DNA of 64,000 nt from the NCBI GenBank assembly GCA_965205485.1, contig OZ242180.1:2048001-2112000 (forward strand), given 5' to 3'. Source of the DNA: Candidatus Latescibacterota bacterium. GTDB lineage: Bacteria > Latescibacterota > UBA2968 > GCA-2709665. Shown here one piece after another: positions 9,722-20,049 of this stretch. Under the pieces are notes generated by a model. It did not search any database, was not told the origin of the DNA, and saw only the letters and a list, made by a program, of their open reading frames with translations. Position 1 is the stretch's first letter. Each line of letters opens with the position of its first letter. The translations under genes and the position numbers were made by a program.

Positions 9722-9986
9722 TGGTCGGTCCGGACCCGCCAGCCCGATCGTCAGATCGTTCAGTCCGTTCGGCGAAATTTGAAAATCCCTTTCCCTCACT
9801 TCCCTTCTTCACACCTTCCGTCAGGCCCATCTCTTTTCCGGACAATAAGTTAGGTAATTCCGGTTCCTCTGGTACACCCTTTGCGTAATCAGAGGACGTC
9901 GGGATTCACCAACACCGGACTCCTAGCAGAACAGCACGCTTCCGTGGAGTTCAGTCGCGTATCTGACCGGCTCCAAGGAGGCCCGT

Positions 9987-11522
9987 ATGATGTCCCGAGT
10001 GCTGAGTTGCGCCACCCTGGGAATCGACGCCTATGTCGTGCGTATCGAGACCGATCTGGATTATCAGCTTCCCGCATTCTCGGTAGTCGGTCTGCCGGAC
10101 AACGCCGTCAAGGAAAGCCGGGATCGCGTAACCGCCGCAATAAAGAACTCCGGCAGGATCTTTCCGAACCGCCGCGTAACCGTCAATCTCGCGCCCGCCG
10201 ATATCCGAAAGGAAGGATCGGCCTTTGACCTGCCCATTGCCGTGGGCATCCTGGCCGCTTCCGGAGACATCTCGCCCGAGATCCTTTCGCAATACATCGT
10301 CCTCGGCGAGCTGGCACTCGACGGAGCCGTGCGGCCCGTCCGGGGCGTCCTGCCGATGGCCGTGGAGACCCGCCAGGCCGGTTACAAGGGCATGATTCTC
10401 CCACGCGAAAACGCCCGCGAGGCAGCCATCGCGGGTGGTATCGACGTGCATCCTGTGGGCGACCTGATGGAGACGCTGGACTTCCTTGAGGGTTACCGGG
10501 ACGTACCCTCGCTGGAGGTCGATATCGACCGGATCTTCAGCCAGGCCCTGAGCTACCGTATCGATTTCCGCGACGTCCGGGGTCAGGTTCACGCCAAGCG
10601 TGCGCTGGAGGTGGCCGCCAGCGGAGGCCACAACATCATCATGATCGGTCCGCCCGGCTCCGGAAAGACGATGCTCACCCGCCGCCTTCCCACGATCCTG
10701 CCCGACCTGACCCTGGACGAAGCCATCGAAGCCACCAAGATCCATTCCGTGGCCGGACTGTTGCCTCCGGATACCACACTGGTGGCGATCCGGCCCTTTC
10801 GTTCCCCTCACCACACCATCTCGGACGCCGGTCTGATCGGGGGCGGAACCCACCCGCGGCCGGGTGAGGTCTCTCTTGCGCACCATGGCGTTCTCTTTCT
10901 CGACGAGCTGCCCGAGTTCAAGAAGCACGTCCTGGAGGTCCTGCGCCAACCGCTCGAGGATGGCTTCGTCACCATCGCCCGGGCCATCGTCTCTCTGACC
11001 TATCCCGCACAGTTCATGCTCGCCTGCGCCCTGAATCCCTGCCCGTGCGGATACTTCGGCGACCCCAGAAACGAATGCACGTGTTCTCCGCCGATCATCC
11101 AGCGGTATATGTCCCGAATATCCGGTCCACTTCTGGATCGCATCGACATTCACATTGAAGTTCCGGGGGTCGACTACAATGAACTTACCGATGAACCCGG
11201 CGGAGAAACGTCCGATGCGATTCGTGAAGGCGTGAATGCGGCGCGCCAGGTGCAACTTCACCGCTTCAGAGAGAAACAACACCTGTTCTGCAATGCGCAT
11301 ATGGGGCCCGCGGAAATCCGTGATTACTGCAAGATCGACGGTAAAGGCGAGGAGCTTCTCAAAATGGCAATTACGAAACTCGGCCTGTCGGCGCGCGCCT
11401 ACGACCGCATCCTGAAAGTCAGCCGCACCATCGCCGATCTGGAAGAGGAACAGGAAATCAAACCTCAGCACGTCGGGGAGGCCATTCAGTACCGCAGCCT
11501 CGATCGGAATCTCTGGATGTAA
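9987..11522 (+). CDS. comM: YifB/ComM Mg-chelatase-like AAA ATPase
   Basis: [34 protein letters not shown], Walker [31 protein letters not shown]. Confidence 0.95.
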   Translation: MMSRVLSCATLGIDAYVVRIETDLDYQLPAFSVVGLPDNAVKESRDRVTAAIKNSGRIFPNRRVTVNLAPADIRKEGSAFDLPIAVGILAASGDISPEILSQYIVLGELALDGAVRPVRGVLPMAVETRQAGYKGMILPRENAREAAIAGGIDVHPVGDLMETLDFLEGYRDVPSLEVDIDRIFSQALSYRIDFRDVRGQVHAKRALEVAASGGHNIIMIGPPGSGKTMLTRRLPTILPDLTLDEAIEATKIHSVAGLLPPDTTLVAIRPFRSPHHTISDAGLIGGGTHPRPGEVSLAHHGVLFLDELPEFKKHVLEVLRQPLEDGFVTIARAIVSLTYPAQFMLACALNPCPCGYFGDPRNECTCSPPIIQRYMSRISGPLLDRIDIHIEVPGVDYNELTDEPGGETSDAIREGVNAARQVQLHRFREKQHLFCNAHMGPAEIRDYCKIDGKGEELLKMAITKLGLSARAYDRILKVSRTIADLEEEQEIKPQHVGEAIQYRSLDRNLWM

Positions 11523-11787
11523 TCTCCGTAGAGGGCCGCGCCGATGTCCGCAAAATCCCCTTACTGAAAAACGTCATAGCTTGTTTGTCAGGATTACTGG
11601 CATTTCGTAAACGGGCGATCGTGCCATTGACAAGCCAATCCAGGCCGGCTATCCTCGAAAGACCGGTTGTTCCACCGCCCTTCGTTTCGCTAAAGGATGC
11701 CAGAAAACGCTTGACTTTACTTTTTCAAATCCATTTCATTTTTCGTGTACTTCCTATAGGCAACGCCAGCATGAATATGAAGAATCA

Positions 11788-12198
11788 ATGGAACGAGAGC
11801 CCATTTGGAGCGTAAGTGACCGCGCTCTTTTTGGGGCGTTGAATCTGCTCATTTTCCTGTTCACACTGACAGATCGATTTAGACCGCCTGAAAAAGACCT
11901 GGTCGAGAATCTGTATGAGGCGGGTATATTCTCCGTTACGCTATCCTTTCTCATCATAGAAGGAGTCGACTTCATGGGTGCAATGATGAAGCTTGCCGAT
12001 AAGTGGATCGCGGAGAGCGAGGCCAAAACGAGAGCAAGAGCAATAAAGGATCTAAGGGAATTGGAAGCTTCCAGCAGAAGGCGCGAAGAAAAAATGAGCG
12101 CGCTTATGGAGGAGTTGGAGAAGAATCGAAAGGAAGAAAGAGTCCGAAGGGAGAAGATAGCCGAAATGCTGCAAGACGCGGAAGGCGGACAGACGTGA
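11788..12198 (+). CDS. hypothetical protein, two hydrophobic segments and a charged coiled-coil tail
   Basis: 136 aa ORF in a locally AT-richer stretch; no family recognised. Confidence 0.55.
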   Translation: MEREPIWSVSDRALFGALNLLIFLFTLTDRFRPPEKDLVENLYEAGIFSVTLSFLIIEGVDFMGAMMKLADKWIAESEAKTRARAIKDLRELEASSRRREEKMSALMEELEKNRKEERVRREKIAEMLQDAEGGQT

Positions 12199-12510
12199 GA
12201 CGTCCTCCGCAATCATCGCAATTGCCCATCGGTGCCTCAGTCAAATGAACCCTGAAGAGCTGAGGCGTCATTCATACCAAAGGTAGTTCCTCTATCCGCT
12301 CGCGGGCAAAAGGGCCCTCTGCCCTGATACATCCCTTCCTCCGCATGCACCGAAAAACCCCTTTCCCATTGTCTTGACATCACCCAACCGCTATATTTGG
12401 GTCGAGTTGTCGACCAGTATCCATATCTCTCCTGAAATCCTGCGGCTGGAACGGGACGGGATGCATCGTCGGGAGAACGGTGAGTTTCTTTCGGGACAGG
12501 ACACGATGAT

Positions 12511-13425
12511 ATGAAGGAACCGATCGTCTATCTCAACGGAGATTTCGTGCCTGCTTCTCAGGCCGCAATCAGGATTTACGACCTGGGCATCATTCTGGGC
12601 GCCACGCTCACCGAAATGACCCGTACGTTTGCTCACGCGCCGTTTCGTCTGGACGATCACCTGGACCGCCTCTACAGGTCGTGCAAATACGCCGGGATTC
12701 ACCCGCCGCTCACTCGGAAGAAGGTGCGGGAGAAAACCCTCGAACTCATACGGGCGAACCGTGAGTTGATTGAACCCGGGGCCGACCTTGGCATCGTACA
12801 CTTCATCACGCCGGGAGAAAACGAGATCTACGCCGGCAGCGCCGCGGGAAGCGTCCGCCTGACGCCGACCGTCTGCATTCACTCCTTTCCGCTGCCCTTT
12901 CGCGTCTGGCGTCACCTCTTCGATCCGGGTGCGCACTGTGTCACGCCCGCCCTGCGCCACATCCCGCCCCAATGCCTGGATCCCAAATCAAAGAACCGGT
13001 CCCGCTTGCACTGGTGGCTGGCCGACCAGCAGACCCACGCGGTCGACCCCGAAGCGATTACGCTTCTTCTCGACCTGGACGGTAACGTCACGGAATGCGC
13101 GGGTTCCAATTTCGTCGTCGTTGAGGACCGCACCGTCTACTCCCCGACCACGCGCAACATACTCCAGGGCGTCAGCCTCCTCACAGTCAGGGAACTTGCC
13201 GCCGAGCGCGGTCTCGACTGGATTGAAAAAGACATTCAGCCATATGACGTCGCCAACGCCGACGAAGCGTGGCTGACTACGACGCCATATTGCATCGCCC
13301 CCTGTACCAGGTTCAACAACATACCGGTCGGAAGCGGTAAGCCCGGTCCGCTATTCAAGGAGCTGCTGACGGCGTGGAGCAGCCGCGTGGGGCTGGATAT
13401 TGAGAAACAGGTCCTCGGCGATTGA
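12511..13425 (+). CDS. class IV PLP-dependent aminotransferase (IlvE/PabC/DAT fold)
   Basis: VYLNGDFVP, FRLDDHLDRLYRS, PKSKNRSR (PLP Lys), ECAGSNF, ILQGVS, ADEAWLT. Confidence 0.9.
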   Translation: MKEPIVYLNGDFVPASQAAIRIYDLGIILGATLTEMTRTFAHAPFRLDDHLDRLYRSCKYAGIHPPLTRKKVREKTLELIRANRELIEPGADLGIVHFITPGENEIYAGSAAGSVRLTPTVCIHSFPLPFRVWRHLFDPGAHCVTPALRHIPPQCLDPKSKNRSRLHWWLADQQTHAVDPEAITLLLDLDGNVTECAGSNFVVVEDRTVYSPTTRNILQGVSLLTVRELAAERGLDWIEKDIQPYDVANADEAWLTTTPYCIAPCTRFNNIPVGSGKPGPLFKELLTAWSSRVGLDIEKQVLGD

Positions 13426-14783
13426 AGCGAACAGCCCGGATCGATATGGCAACGGTCGATATCAGCGGATTCATCGCGAACGCCCGATACGGCGATTTTC
13501 CGGAAGCCGTACGGGTGCAACTGAGCAAGAACCTCCTTGATCTCTTCGCCGCAACCATTGCAGGCCTGGCCACGCCCGCGGCGAATATTGTGGCGGACTA
13601 CGCCGCAACCGCATTCCCGGGTAACGAAGCTACGATCGCTGGAAGAGGAAGGATTGGCAGTGTACCGGGCGCCGCTCTCGCAAACGCCTGCGCAGCGAAC
13701 GCGCTGGACGTCGACGACGGGTTCCGTCAGGCGAAGGGCCACCCGGGCGCGGTCGTGGTTCCCGCGGCGCTCGCGATGGCGCAGGCCGAAAACGCTGCCG
13801 GTGCGGATTTCCTCGCGGCGGTGGTCGTCGGTTACGAAGTCGGGATGCGCGCCGGAACGATCTGGCACGACCATCCCCACCGGGGGCCCAGTTACCACGG
13901 TTCGGGTTCATGGGGCGGCCTCGGCGCCGCGGCCGCATGCGCCCGTCTGTCGGGACTCGGACCCCGGGAGGTGGAACACGCGCTCGCCATCGCCGAATAC
14001 CATGCACCCCTCGCGCCAATTATGGATTGCGTGCGTCATCCGGCCATGGTCAAAGACGGTATCCACTGGGGCGCGTTCGTGGGCGTCGTCGCCGCTCAGC
14101 TTGCGGCCCGCGGATTCACGGGCATGCCCGCGACACTATATGCGGACGAGTACCACGCGACGATGCAGACCCTGGGTACTGACTGGTGGATTGAACGGAT
14201 CTACTACAAATTCCATCCGTGCTGCCGGTGGGCCCAACCCGCCATCGCTGGCGCGTTGGAGCTGCGCAGGACCTGCAATCTGAGACGCCATGAAATCGTC
14301 TCGGTCAAGATCGAGACGTTCGAGGCGGCCACCCATCTGGGCACCCGCCGTCCGGCCAATACCGAAGAGGCACAATACAGCCTGCCCTATCCGGTGGCCT
14401 GCGCCCTTGCACGCGGACGGGTCGGGGTGCCTGAAATAGCCGGCGACGGTCTGAATGACGAAGCGGTGCTCGCCCTCTCGGACCGCATTGAAATGTCGGT
14501 CGACCCCGCCATTGAAGCCCGCTTCCCAGATGAAGCCCTGGCGCGGGTGACCGTCACCACGATCGACGGGCGGACGCATAAAACAGGACCGCAACCCGCC
14601 CCGGGAGACCCGAACACCGGCATCACCTTTGACGACCTCGTCTCCAAAGCCCATCGCCTCATCGAAAGGGACGCGGGCAGGACCCGTACGGAGCATCTGG
14701 TCGAGACCGTGTCGGGCTGTGCAGACCTGAAAACGGTCGAACCCCTGGCCGAGTGCCTCGTTCATTTCGGATGCGAGCCATGA
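13422..14783 (+). CDS. MmgE/PrpD family protein
   Basis: AALANA..ALDVDD..GHPG, VGYEV, KFHPCC, AQYSLPY motifs; start could be TTG 13422 or ATG 13446. Confidence 0.9.
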   Translation: MKRTARIDMATVDISGFIANARYGDFPEAVRVQLSKNLLDLFAATIAGLATPAANIVADYAATAFPGNEATIAGRGRIGSVPGAALANACAANALDVDDGFRQAKGHPGAVVVPAALAMAQAENAAGADFLAAVVVGYEVGMRAGTIWHDHPHRGPSYHGSGSWGGLGAAAACARLSGLGPREVEHALAIAEYHAPLAPIMDCVRHPAMVKDGIHWGAFVGVVAAQLAARGFTGMPATLYADEYHATMQTLGTDWWIERIYYKFHPCCRWAQPAIAGALELRRTCNLRRHEIVSVKIETFEAATHLGTRRPANTEEAQYSLPYPVACALARGRVGVPEIAGDGLNDEAVLALSDRIEMSVDPAIEARFPDEALARVTVTTIDGRTHKTGPQPAPGDPNTGITFDDLVSKAHRLIERDAGRTRTEHLVETVSGCADLKTVEPLAECLVHFGCEP

Positions 14784-15832
14784 GAATCGCCCTTCTGCTC
14801 TCTGGCGGCGTCGACAGCTCCGTGGCCCTCAACCTGCTATGCAGCGAAGGGCGCCACGAGATCACCGCCTTCTATCTCAAGGTCTGGCTGGAAGACGAGC
14901 TTGCCTTCCTGGGCGACTGCCCGTGGGAAGAAGACCTCAAGTATGCGCGCGCCGTCTGCGAACGGGCCGGGGTACCGCTCCGTATCATCCCTCTGCAGGC
15001 CGAATACCTGGACCGGGTGGTGTCGCACGCCGTGTCCGAACTCAGAGCCGGACGTACTCCCAGCCCGGACATTGTCTGCAACCGGCACATCAAGTTCGGC
15101 GAGTTCGCAGCCCGGATCGACGGCAGCTACCACAAAATCGCTTCGGGGCACTATGCGCGAATCGAAGAAACCAATGGTACATGCTACCTGAAGCGAGCGC
15201 CGGACCCCATCAAGGACCAGACCTACTTTCTTTCCGGACTCAGCCAGGATCAGCTCAAACGCGCGCGTTTCCCCGTCGGGCATCTCACCAAAAAACAGGT
15301 CCGGAGTTGCGCACGGGACTTCGGTCTGCCGAACCAGGACCGCAAAGACAGCCAGGGCATCTGTTTTCTGGGCAAGATAGGCTACCCCGATTTCGTCAGG
15401 GCGCACCTTGGAGAAAAGCCCGGGGACATCATTGAAATGGAGACCGGCGCCGGTCTCGGCCGTCACCGGGGCTACTGGTTCTACACCATCGGACAGCGCG
15501 AAGGGCTGGGCCTTGCCGCGGGACCCTGGTACGTGGTCAGGAAGGACACCCGCGGCAACATTATCTTCGTGTCCCACAAGAAGCACAGGGCCGAACGGGC
15601 CTTGAGCCGCTTCAGGGTTTCACGTCCGCACTGGATCTCGGGGATACCCGACCGTCACGACCTTCTTTGCAAAATCCGGCACGGCCCCCGGCTCGTCAGG
15701 TGCCGGATTGAATCCGACGGCAAGGCAGGTCTGGACGTTCAAATGGCGGAAGCCGACCCGGGTGTGGCGCCGGGACAGTCGGCCGTCTTCTACGACGGAG
15801 AGGTCTGTCTGGGAGGCGGTGTCATCGCGTAG
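14780..15832 (+). CDS. mnmA: tRNA 2-thiouridine(34) synthase MnmA
   Basis: LSGGVDSSV PP-loop, GRTPSPDIVCNRHIKFG, KDQTYFL, KDSQGICF, PGQSAVFY; ATG 14780 overlaps the upstream stop. Confidence 0.95.
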   Translation: MRIALLLSGGVDSSVALNLLCSEGRHEITAFYLKVWLEDELAFLGDCPWEEDLKYARAVCERAGVPLRIIPLQAEYLDRVVSHAVSELRAGRTPSPDIVCNRHIKFGEFAARIDGSYHKIASGHYARIEETNGTCYLKRAPDPIKDQTYFLSGLSQDQLKRARFPVGHLTKKQVRSCARDFGLPNQDRKDSQGICFLGKIGYPDFVRAHLGEKPGDIIEMETGAGLGRHRGYWFYTIGQREGLGLAAGPWYVVRKDTRGNIIFVSHKKHRAERALSRFRVSRPHWISGIPDRHDLLCKIRHGPRLVRCRIESDGKAGLDVQMAEADPGVAPGQSAVFYDGEVCLGGGVIA

Positions 15833-15890
15833 GCGCAAGTCACCGCGTATAGTTTCCACTCACAAAACGGACTGCTAACGTGGGTAATCA

Positions 15891-15931
15891 AAATAAAAGG
15901 AACAGGGGCGAGATCTTCTCGCCCCTGTTCC
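15891..15931 (-). terminator. intrinsic terminator-like hairpin oriented on the minus strand
   Basis: Perfect 15-bp stem ggaacaggggcgaga/tctcgcccctgttcc (15899-15931) with an A-rich run on its left, which reads as a U-rich tail on the minus strand. Confidence 0.6.
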
Positions 15932-15950
15932 GCAGGGTTTTTCCATTGCC

Positions 15951-16454
15951 ATGAACCGGAATGCTGATTACTGGATCTCACAACTGAATCTGAGAGAGCA
16001 CCCCGAAGGTGGATACTATCGGGAAATTTACCGCTCCGGGGAGACCGTGGGGGCACGGGCCCTCCCTGAGCGGTTCAGCGGTCCCCGGGCATTCTCAACG
16101 GCGATCTACTTCCTGCTCAGGGGTCGCGACTTTTCCGCCCTTCACCGCATTCAGTCCGATGAAATCTGGCACTTCTATACCGGATCTCCCATCACCATCC
16201 ATACGATCGATCAAAGCGGCGTATACGACCGCATACTGCTTGGCGACAACCCTGAAAACGACGAATCCCTGACCGCGGTCGTCAACGCCGGCTACTGGTA
16301 CGGCGCAACGCTGAATGAGCCCCATTCATTCGCCCTGATGGGCGGCACCGTCGCTCCCGGTTTTGAATTCGAAGACTTCGAGCTGGCGGATCCCGCAGAC
16401 CTTTTGCAGAACTTTCCCGAAAACCGTTCCGTCATAGAGCGGCTGACCCGCTGA
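15951..16454 (+). CDS. cupin superfamily protein (DUF985/Cupin_5-like)
   Basis: LREHPEGGYYRE, STAIYFLL, SALHRIQSDEIWHFY, VAPGFEFEDF. Confidence 0.92.
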   Translation: MNRNADYWISQLNLREHPEGGYYREIYRSGETVGARALPERFSGPRAFSTAIYFLLRGRDFSALHRIQSDEIWHFYTGSPITIHTIDQSGVYDRILLGDNPENDESLTAVVNAGYWYGATLNEPHSFALMGGTVAPGFEFEDFELADPADLLQNFPENRSVIERLTR

Positions 16455-16483
16455 AGCCGAACGTCGTCCGGCCGAGACAAGCT

Positions 16484-17593
16484 TCAATCCGGTTCGGGAG
16501 AGCGTTTCTGCATATACCGGATACCTTCCTCGATTTCCTTCTTCTTTACGGTGTCGCACGAGACCGCCCGGCCGATCGCCTCCGGAAGAACAAACCGGAT
16601 CACGCCATCCCGCGCTTTCTTGTCGCTCGCCATGCGCCCGATCAGTTTGCCCGGTTCAAGCGCGCGGGCGCCGGACGGGATCCCGAGTCTTTCGATCAGT
16701 GCGTTCTGGCGTTGCAGTTCGGCCGGTTTCCACATCCCCTTGATGACGCCGATTCTGCCCGCGGCCAGCATGCCGAGCATAACCGCCTCTCCGTGTTTGT
16801 AAACGGTGTAATCCGTCACCGCCTCTATGGCGTGTCCCACCGTGTGGCCATAGTTAAGGATTTCCCTCAATCCCGCCTCGTTCTCATCCGCCGCCACCAC
16901 GTCCGCCTTTATTCGGCAGTTTCGTGCAATCAAACCAACCAGCTGTCGGGGTTCAATTGCCAGATCCGCCACTTTCTCAATCTTGCTCTCGAGGAATTGC
17001 ACGAGCGCTTCGTCGCGGATCAATCCGTGTTTGATCACCTCGGCCATGCCGGCAACCACCTCCCGCCTGGGCAGGGTCATCAGCGTTTCGGTGTCAATAT
17101 ATACCAGCTTCGGCTGATAAAAAGCCCCGATCATATTCTTGCCGAGCGGGTGATCGACCCCGGTCTTGCCGCCCACGCTGGCGTCGACCTGCGCCTCCAG
17201 GGTGGTCGGGACCTGCACGAAATCGATACCTCGCAGGTAGGTGGCCGCCACAAATCCGGCCGTATCGCCCACGACACCGCCCCCCAGCGCGACGATGCAG
17301 CTGCGCCGGTCCAGGCCCGTCCGTATCAGTTCGCCATAGATCCGGCCCGCTGTCTCCAGCGTCTTGAATTCCTCTCCATCCGGGATCTCTACCACCGTTG
17401 ACGACACACCCTGCGCCTCGAAACCGGCCCTGACCGGATCCAGGTAGAGCGACGCAACCGTCGGATTGGTCACGATCGCCGCAACCGAACCCAGTTCCTT
17501 CGCCGCGTACGCCCTGCCGAAATCGGACAGGATCCCGTGTCCGATCAGGATCGGATAACTGCGGCTGTCCAGATCGACCCGAACGGTTTCCAT
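16484..17593 (-). CDS. aroB: 3-dehydroquinate synthase
   Basis: PDGEEFK, ALGGGVVGDTAGF, PTTLEAQVDASVGGKT, GKNMIGAFYQP, LNYGHTVGHAIE. Confidence 0.96.
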   Translation of the reverse strand: METVRVDLDSRSYPILIGHGILSDFGRAYAAKELGSVAAIVTNPTVASLYLDPVRAGFEAQGVSSTVVEIPDGEEFKTLETAGRIYGELIRTGLDRRSCIVALGGGVVGDTAGFVAATYLRGIDFVQVPTTLEAQVDASVGGKTGVDHPLGKNMIGAFYQPKLVYIDTETLMTLPRREVVAGMAEVIKHGLIRDEALVQFLESKIEKVADLAIEPRQLVGLIARNCRIKADVVAADENEAGLREILNYGHTVGHAIEAVTDYTVYKHGEAVMLGMLAAGRIGVIKGMWKPAELQRQNALIERLGIPSGARALEPGKLIGRMASDKKARDGVIRFVLPEAIGRAVSCDTVKKKEIEEGIRYMQKRSPEPD

Positions 17594-17642
17594 ACGCCTC
17601 AGTACGCCTTTCGATAATTAGGACACCGGCCTTCAAACGCCC

Positions 17643-18206
17643 TTATTTCAATACAACGCCCTTTAATGCCGTTACTGCCAGTTGAACGGTCTCGTCGGGC
17701 GTGCGGTACTCGGTTGACTCCACGAATGCGTCCGCCCGGTCGTAAAACGGCGCCCGGTCGGCAAGCATCGACCGGATCTTCGCCATCCGGTGTTCGTCGT
17801 TCAATCCGGCCATCAGCGGCCGTTCCCCGTCTGTCCTGCGCAGGCGCGTGAAGATCGTCTCCGCCGATGCCCGAAGACACAGGCAGACGCCGGATTTGCG
17901 AATCGTGTCCCAGTTGTCCTCCTGAGTCACGGCGCCGCCGCCCAATGCGATCACGGCATCGGGCATTCCGGCCGCCCTCGCCACGCAACCGCGCTCGATG
18001 CGACGGAATGCGGCCTCGCCGTCTTCCGCGAAGATCCTGGGGATCGACTTCCCGGCGGTCTCCACGATCAATTCGTCCGTATCCACAAATATCCTCTTCA
18101 GACGCCGCGCGAGAAGTGAGCCGATCTTGCTCTTTCCCGTTGCCATGAAACCGGCCAGGAAAACCTGTCTGCCCTGCAGCGGAGAAGAGTGCCCGGTCCG
18201 ACTCAC
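17643..18206 (-). CDS. aroK: shikimate kinase
   Basis: GFMATGKS P-loop, DTDELI, GEAAFRRIE, ALGGG, RPL. Confidence 0.95.
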   Translation of the reverse strand: MSRTGHSSPLQGRQVFLAGFMATGKSKIGSLLARRLKRIFVDTDELIVETAGKSIPRIFAEDGEAAFRRIERGCVARAAGMPDAVIALGGGAVTQEDNWDTIRKSGVCLCLRASAETIFTRLRRTDGERPLMAGLNDEHRMAKIRSMLADRAPFYDRADAFVESTEYRTPDETVQLAVTALKGVVLK

Positions 18207-19906
18207 ATTTCCTCCGGCGCCTTCAGGCCAAGCAGGTGGAGTCCCGTAGCCAGCACGGCGGTAATCGAATAAACGAGCGCGATTCGCGCGCGGGTGAGCG
18301 ACACGTCGTCCGAAATGACCCGGTGTGCGTTGTAAAACCGGTTTGCCTCGGTGCAGAGTTCGATCAGGAACCCGGCAATCAGAGACGGCTCACAGGTTTC
18401 GGCCGCGTTCCGGATTCGCTCGGGAAACCGTTCCATGCACTTGACCACGGCCACGGTCTCGGGTTCGGTCAACAGAGAAAGGTCCGCGTCTGACGGTGGC
18501 ACCGCGCCTCCGTACCTGCGCAACACACTGCAATACCGGGCGTGGGTATATTGTATGTAGGGGCCGGTCTCACCGTTGAAATTCAGGATCTCATCCCAGT
18601 CGAACACCACATCCCGCGTCCGGCGGGAATCCAGGTCCGCATAGACGACCGCACCGATGCCCACGTCCCGCGCGATCCCATCCCTTTCGGAAAGATCCGG
18701 ATTCTTGTCCTCCACAATGTCCCGTGTCAACTCAATGGCTCGGTTCAGCACGTCCTCCAGGAAAATTACGTTTCCCCGGCGGCTCGACATCCTTCCTTCC
18801 TTAAAGGAAATAATGCCGAACGGAACGTGTACGCAGTCTTTCGCCCATTCACAGCCCATCCGTTCCAGCACCTTGAAGAGCTGCCGGAAATGCAGGGACT
18901 GCCCGGCGTCGGTCGTATAAATCAACTTGTCGAAGTCGTAGGTCTTCTTCCGGTAAATCGCCGCTGCCAGGTCCCGCGTGAGATAGACGCTGGTATCGTG
19001 TCCGGTCTGGATGATGGCCGGAGGCATGTCATCTTCATCCAGCATGACGACAAGGGCGCCCTCACTCTCCACGGCAAGTCCCCTGGCCTTCAGTTCGTCT
19101 ATTACGGGTCCGACCTTGTCGTGGAAGAAACTCTCTCCTGTATATTCCGCAAACGTGACATCCAGCAGTTCGTAGATCCGCTTGAAGTCCTTGACCGTCT
19201 CGTCTCTGAACCACTTCCAAAGTCGAAGCGCTTCCGTGTCCCCCGCCTCCAGTTTCTTTGTCCAGTACTTTACGGCGTTTCCGAGAGACGGGTCCTTTTC
19301 CATCTCAGCGTTGTATTTTACGTAAAGATTGAAGAGCGCATAGGGCGGATTCTCACGAATCGCGTTATCGTCTCCCCAGCGCTTGTATGCGGCGATGCTC
19401 ATCCCGTGCTTGGCGCCCCAGTCCCCAAGGTGGTTGATGCCGATCACGTTCCATCCCGTGGCCTTGTACAGCCTGCAGAGCGAGTTCCCGATTGCAGTCG
19501 AACGGATGTGCGCGATCGTGAACGGTTTGGAGACATCCGGCGAGGAGAAGTCGATCACGACCGTCTTTCCCGAGCCCACGTCGCTTCGGCCGAATTGCCC
19601 GCGCCTGGCGAGGATTTCCGAAAGTGTCTCCCGCACGAATTCGGTCTGGCTCACGTAAAAATTGAGATACGGGCCCTCAGCCCGCACCCGGGCAATTCGG
19701 CCGCCGGTCCGAATGCTCACCCCAAGATCCCGGGCGATCTGATTCGGCGCTTTACGCAGTGTTTTTGCAAACCTGAAGCACGGAAGCGCGTAATCCCCCA
19801 TCTCGGGCTTTGGGGGGACCTCAACCAGCGACCGCACATCATCATGCGGCATGTCAGTTGCCGCAGACACCTGCGATACGATTTCTTCAACAAAAGGATT
19901 GACCAT
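18203..19906 (-). CDS. argS: arginine--tRNA ligase
   Basis: GDYALPCF, GPYLNF, DFSSP..AHIRSTAIG, NHLGDWG, RMSSRRG, GETGPYIQYTHAR. Confidence 0.95.
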   Translation of the reverse strand: MVNPFVEEIVSQVSAATDMPHDDVRSLVEVPPKPEMGDYALPCFRFAKTLRKAPNQIARDLGVSIRTGGRIARVRAEGPYLNFYVSQTEFVRETLSEILARRGQFGRSDVGSGKTVVIDFSSPDVSKPFTIAHIRSTAIGNSLCRLYKATGWNVIGINHLGDWGAKHGMSIAAYKRWGDDNAIRENPPYALFNLYVKYNAEMEKDPSLGNAVKYWTKKLEAGDTEALRLWKWFRDETVKDFKRIYELLDVTFAEYTGESFFHDKVGPVIDELKARGLAVESEGALVVMLDEDDMPPAIIQTGHDTSVYLTRDLAAAIYRKKTYDFDKLIYTTDAGQSLHFRQLFKVLERMGCEWAKDCVHVPFGIISFKEGRMSSRRGNVIFLEDVLNRAIELTRDIVEDKNPDLSERDGIARDVGIGAVVYADLDSRRTRDVVFDWDEILNFNGETGPYIQYTHARYCSVLRRYGGAVPPSDADLSLLTEPETVAVVKCMERFPERIRNAAETCEPSLIAGFLIELCTEANRFYNAHRVISDDVSLTRARIALVYSITAVLATGLHLLGLKAPEEM

Positions 19907-20024
19907 AAAGCAGGACCTCGCGCCCCAAGCCCAGTAAAGAAAACTGTCAGCCGTCAGCTAGAATCAAAAGCAAAAGACAAGATCAAAAGCAACCCCTCCG
20001 CCCTGCCCAGACCTCTCTCCCCGG

Positions 20025-20049
20025 CCCTCTCTCCCGCCGGGAGAGAGGG
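20025..20049. repeat. CCCTCTCTCCC-type REP-like palindrome
   Basis: ccctctctcccg-c-cgggagagaggg, preceded by a partial direct copy cctctctcccc. Confidence 0.65.

Noticed and set aside
15866..15877. aacggactgcta, identical to a MITE family A end
   Set aside because: Only 12 bp with no recognisable partner end; too short to call a copy.
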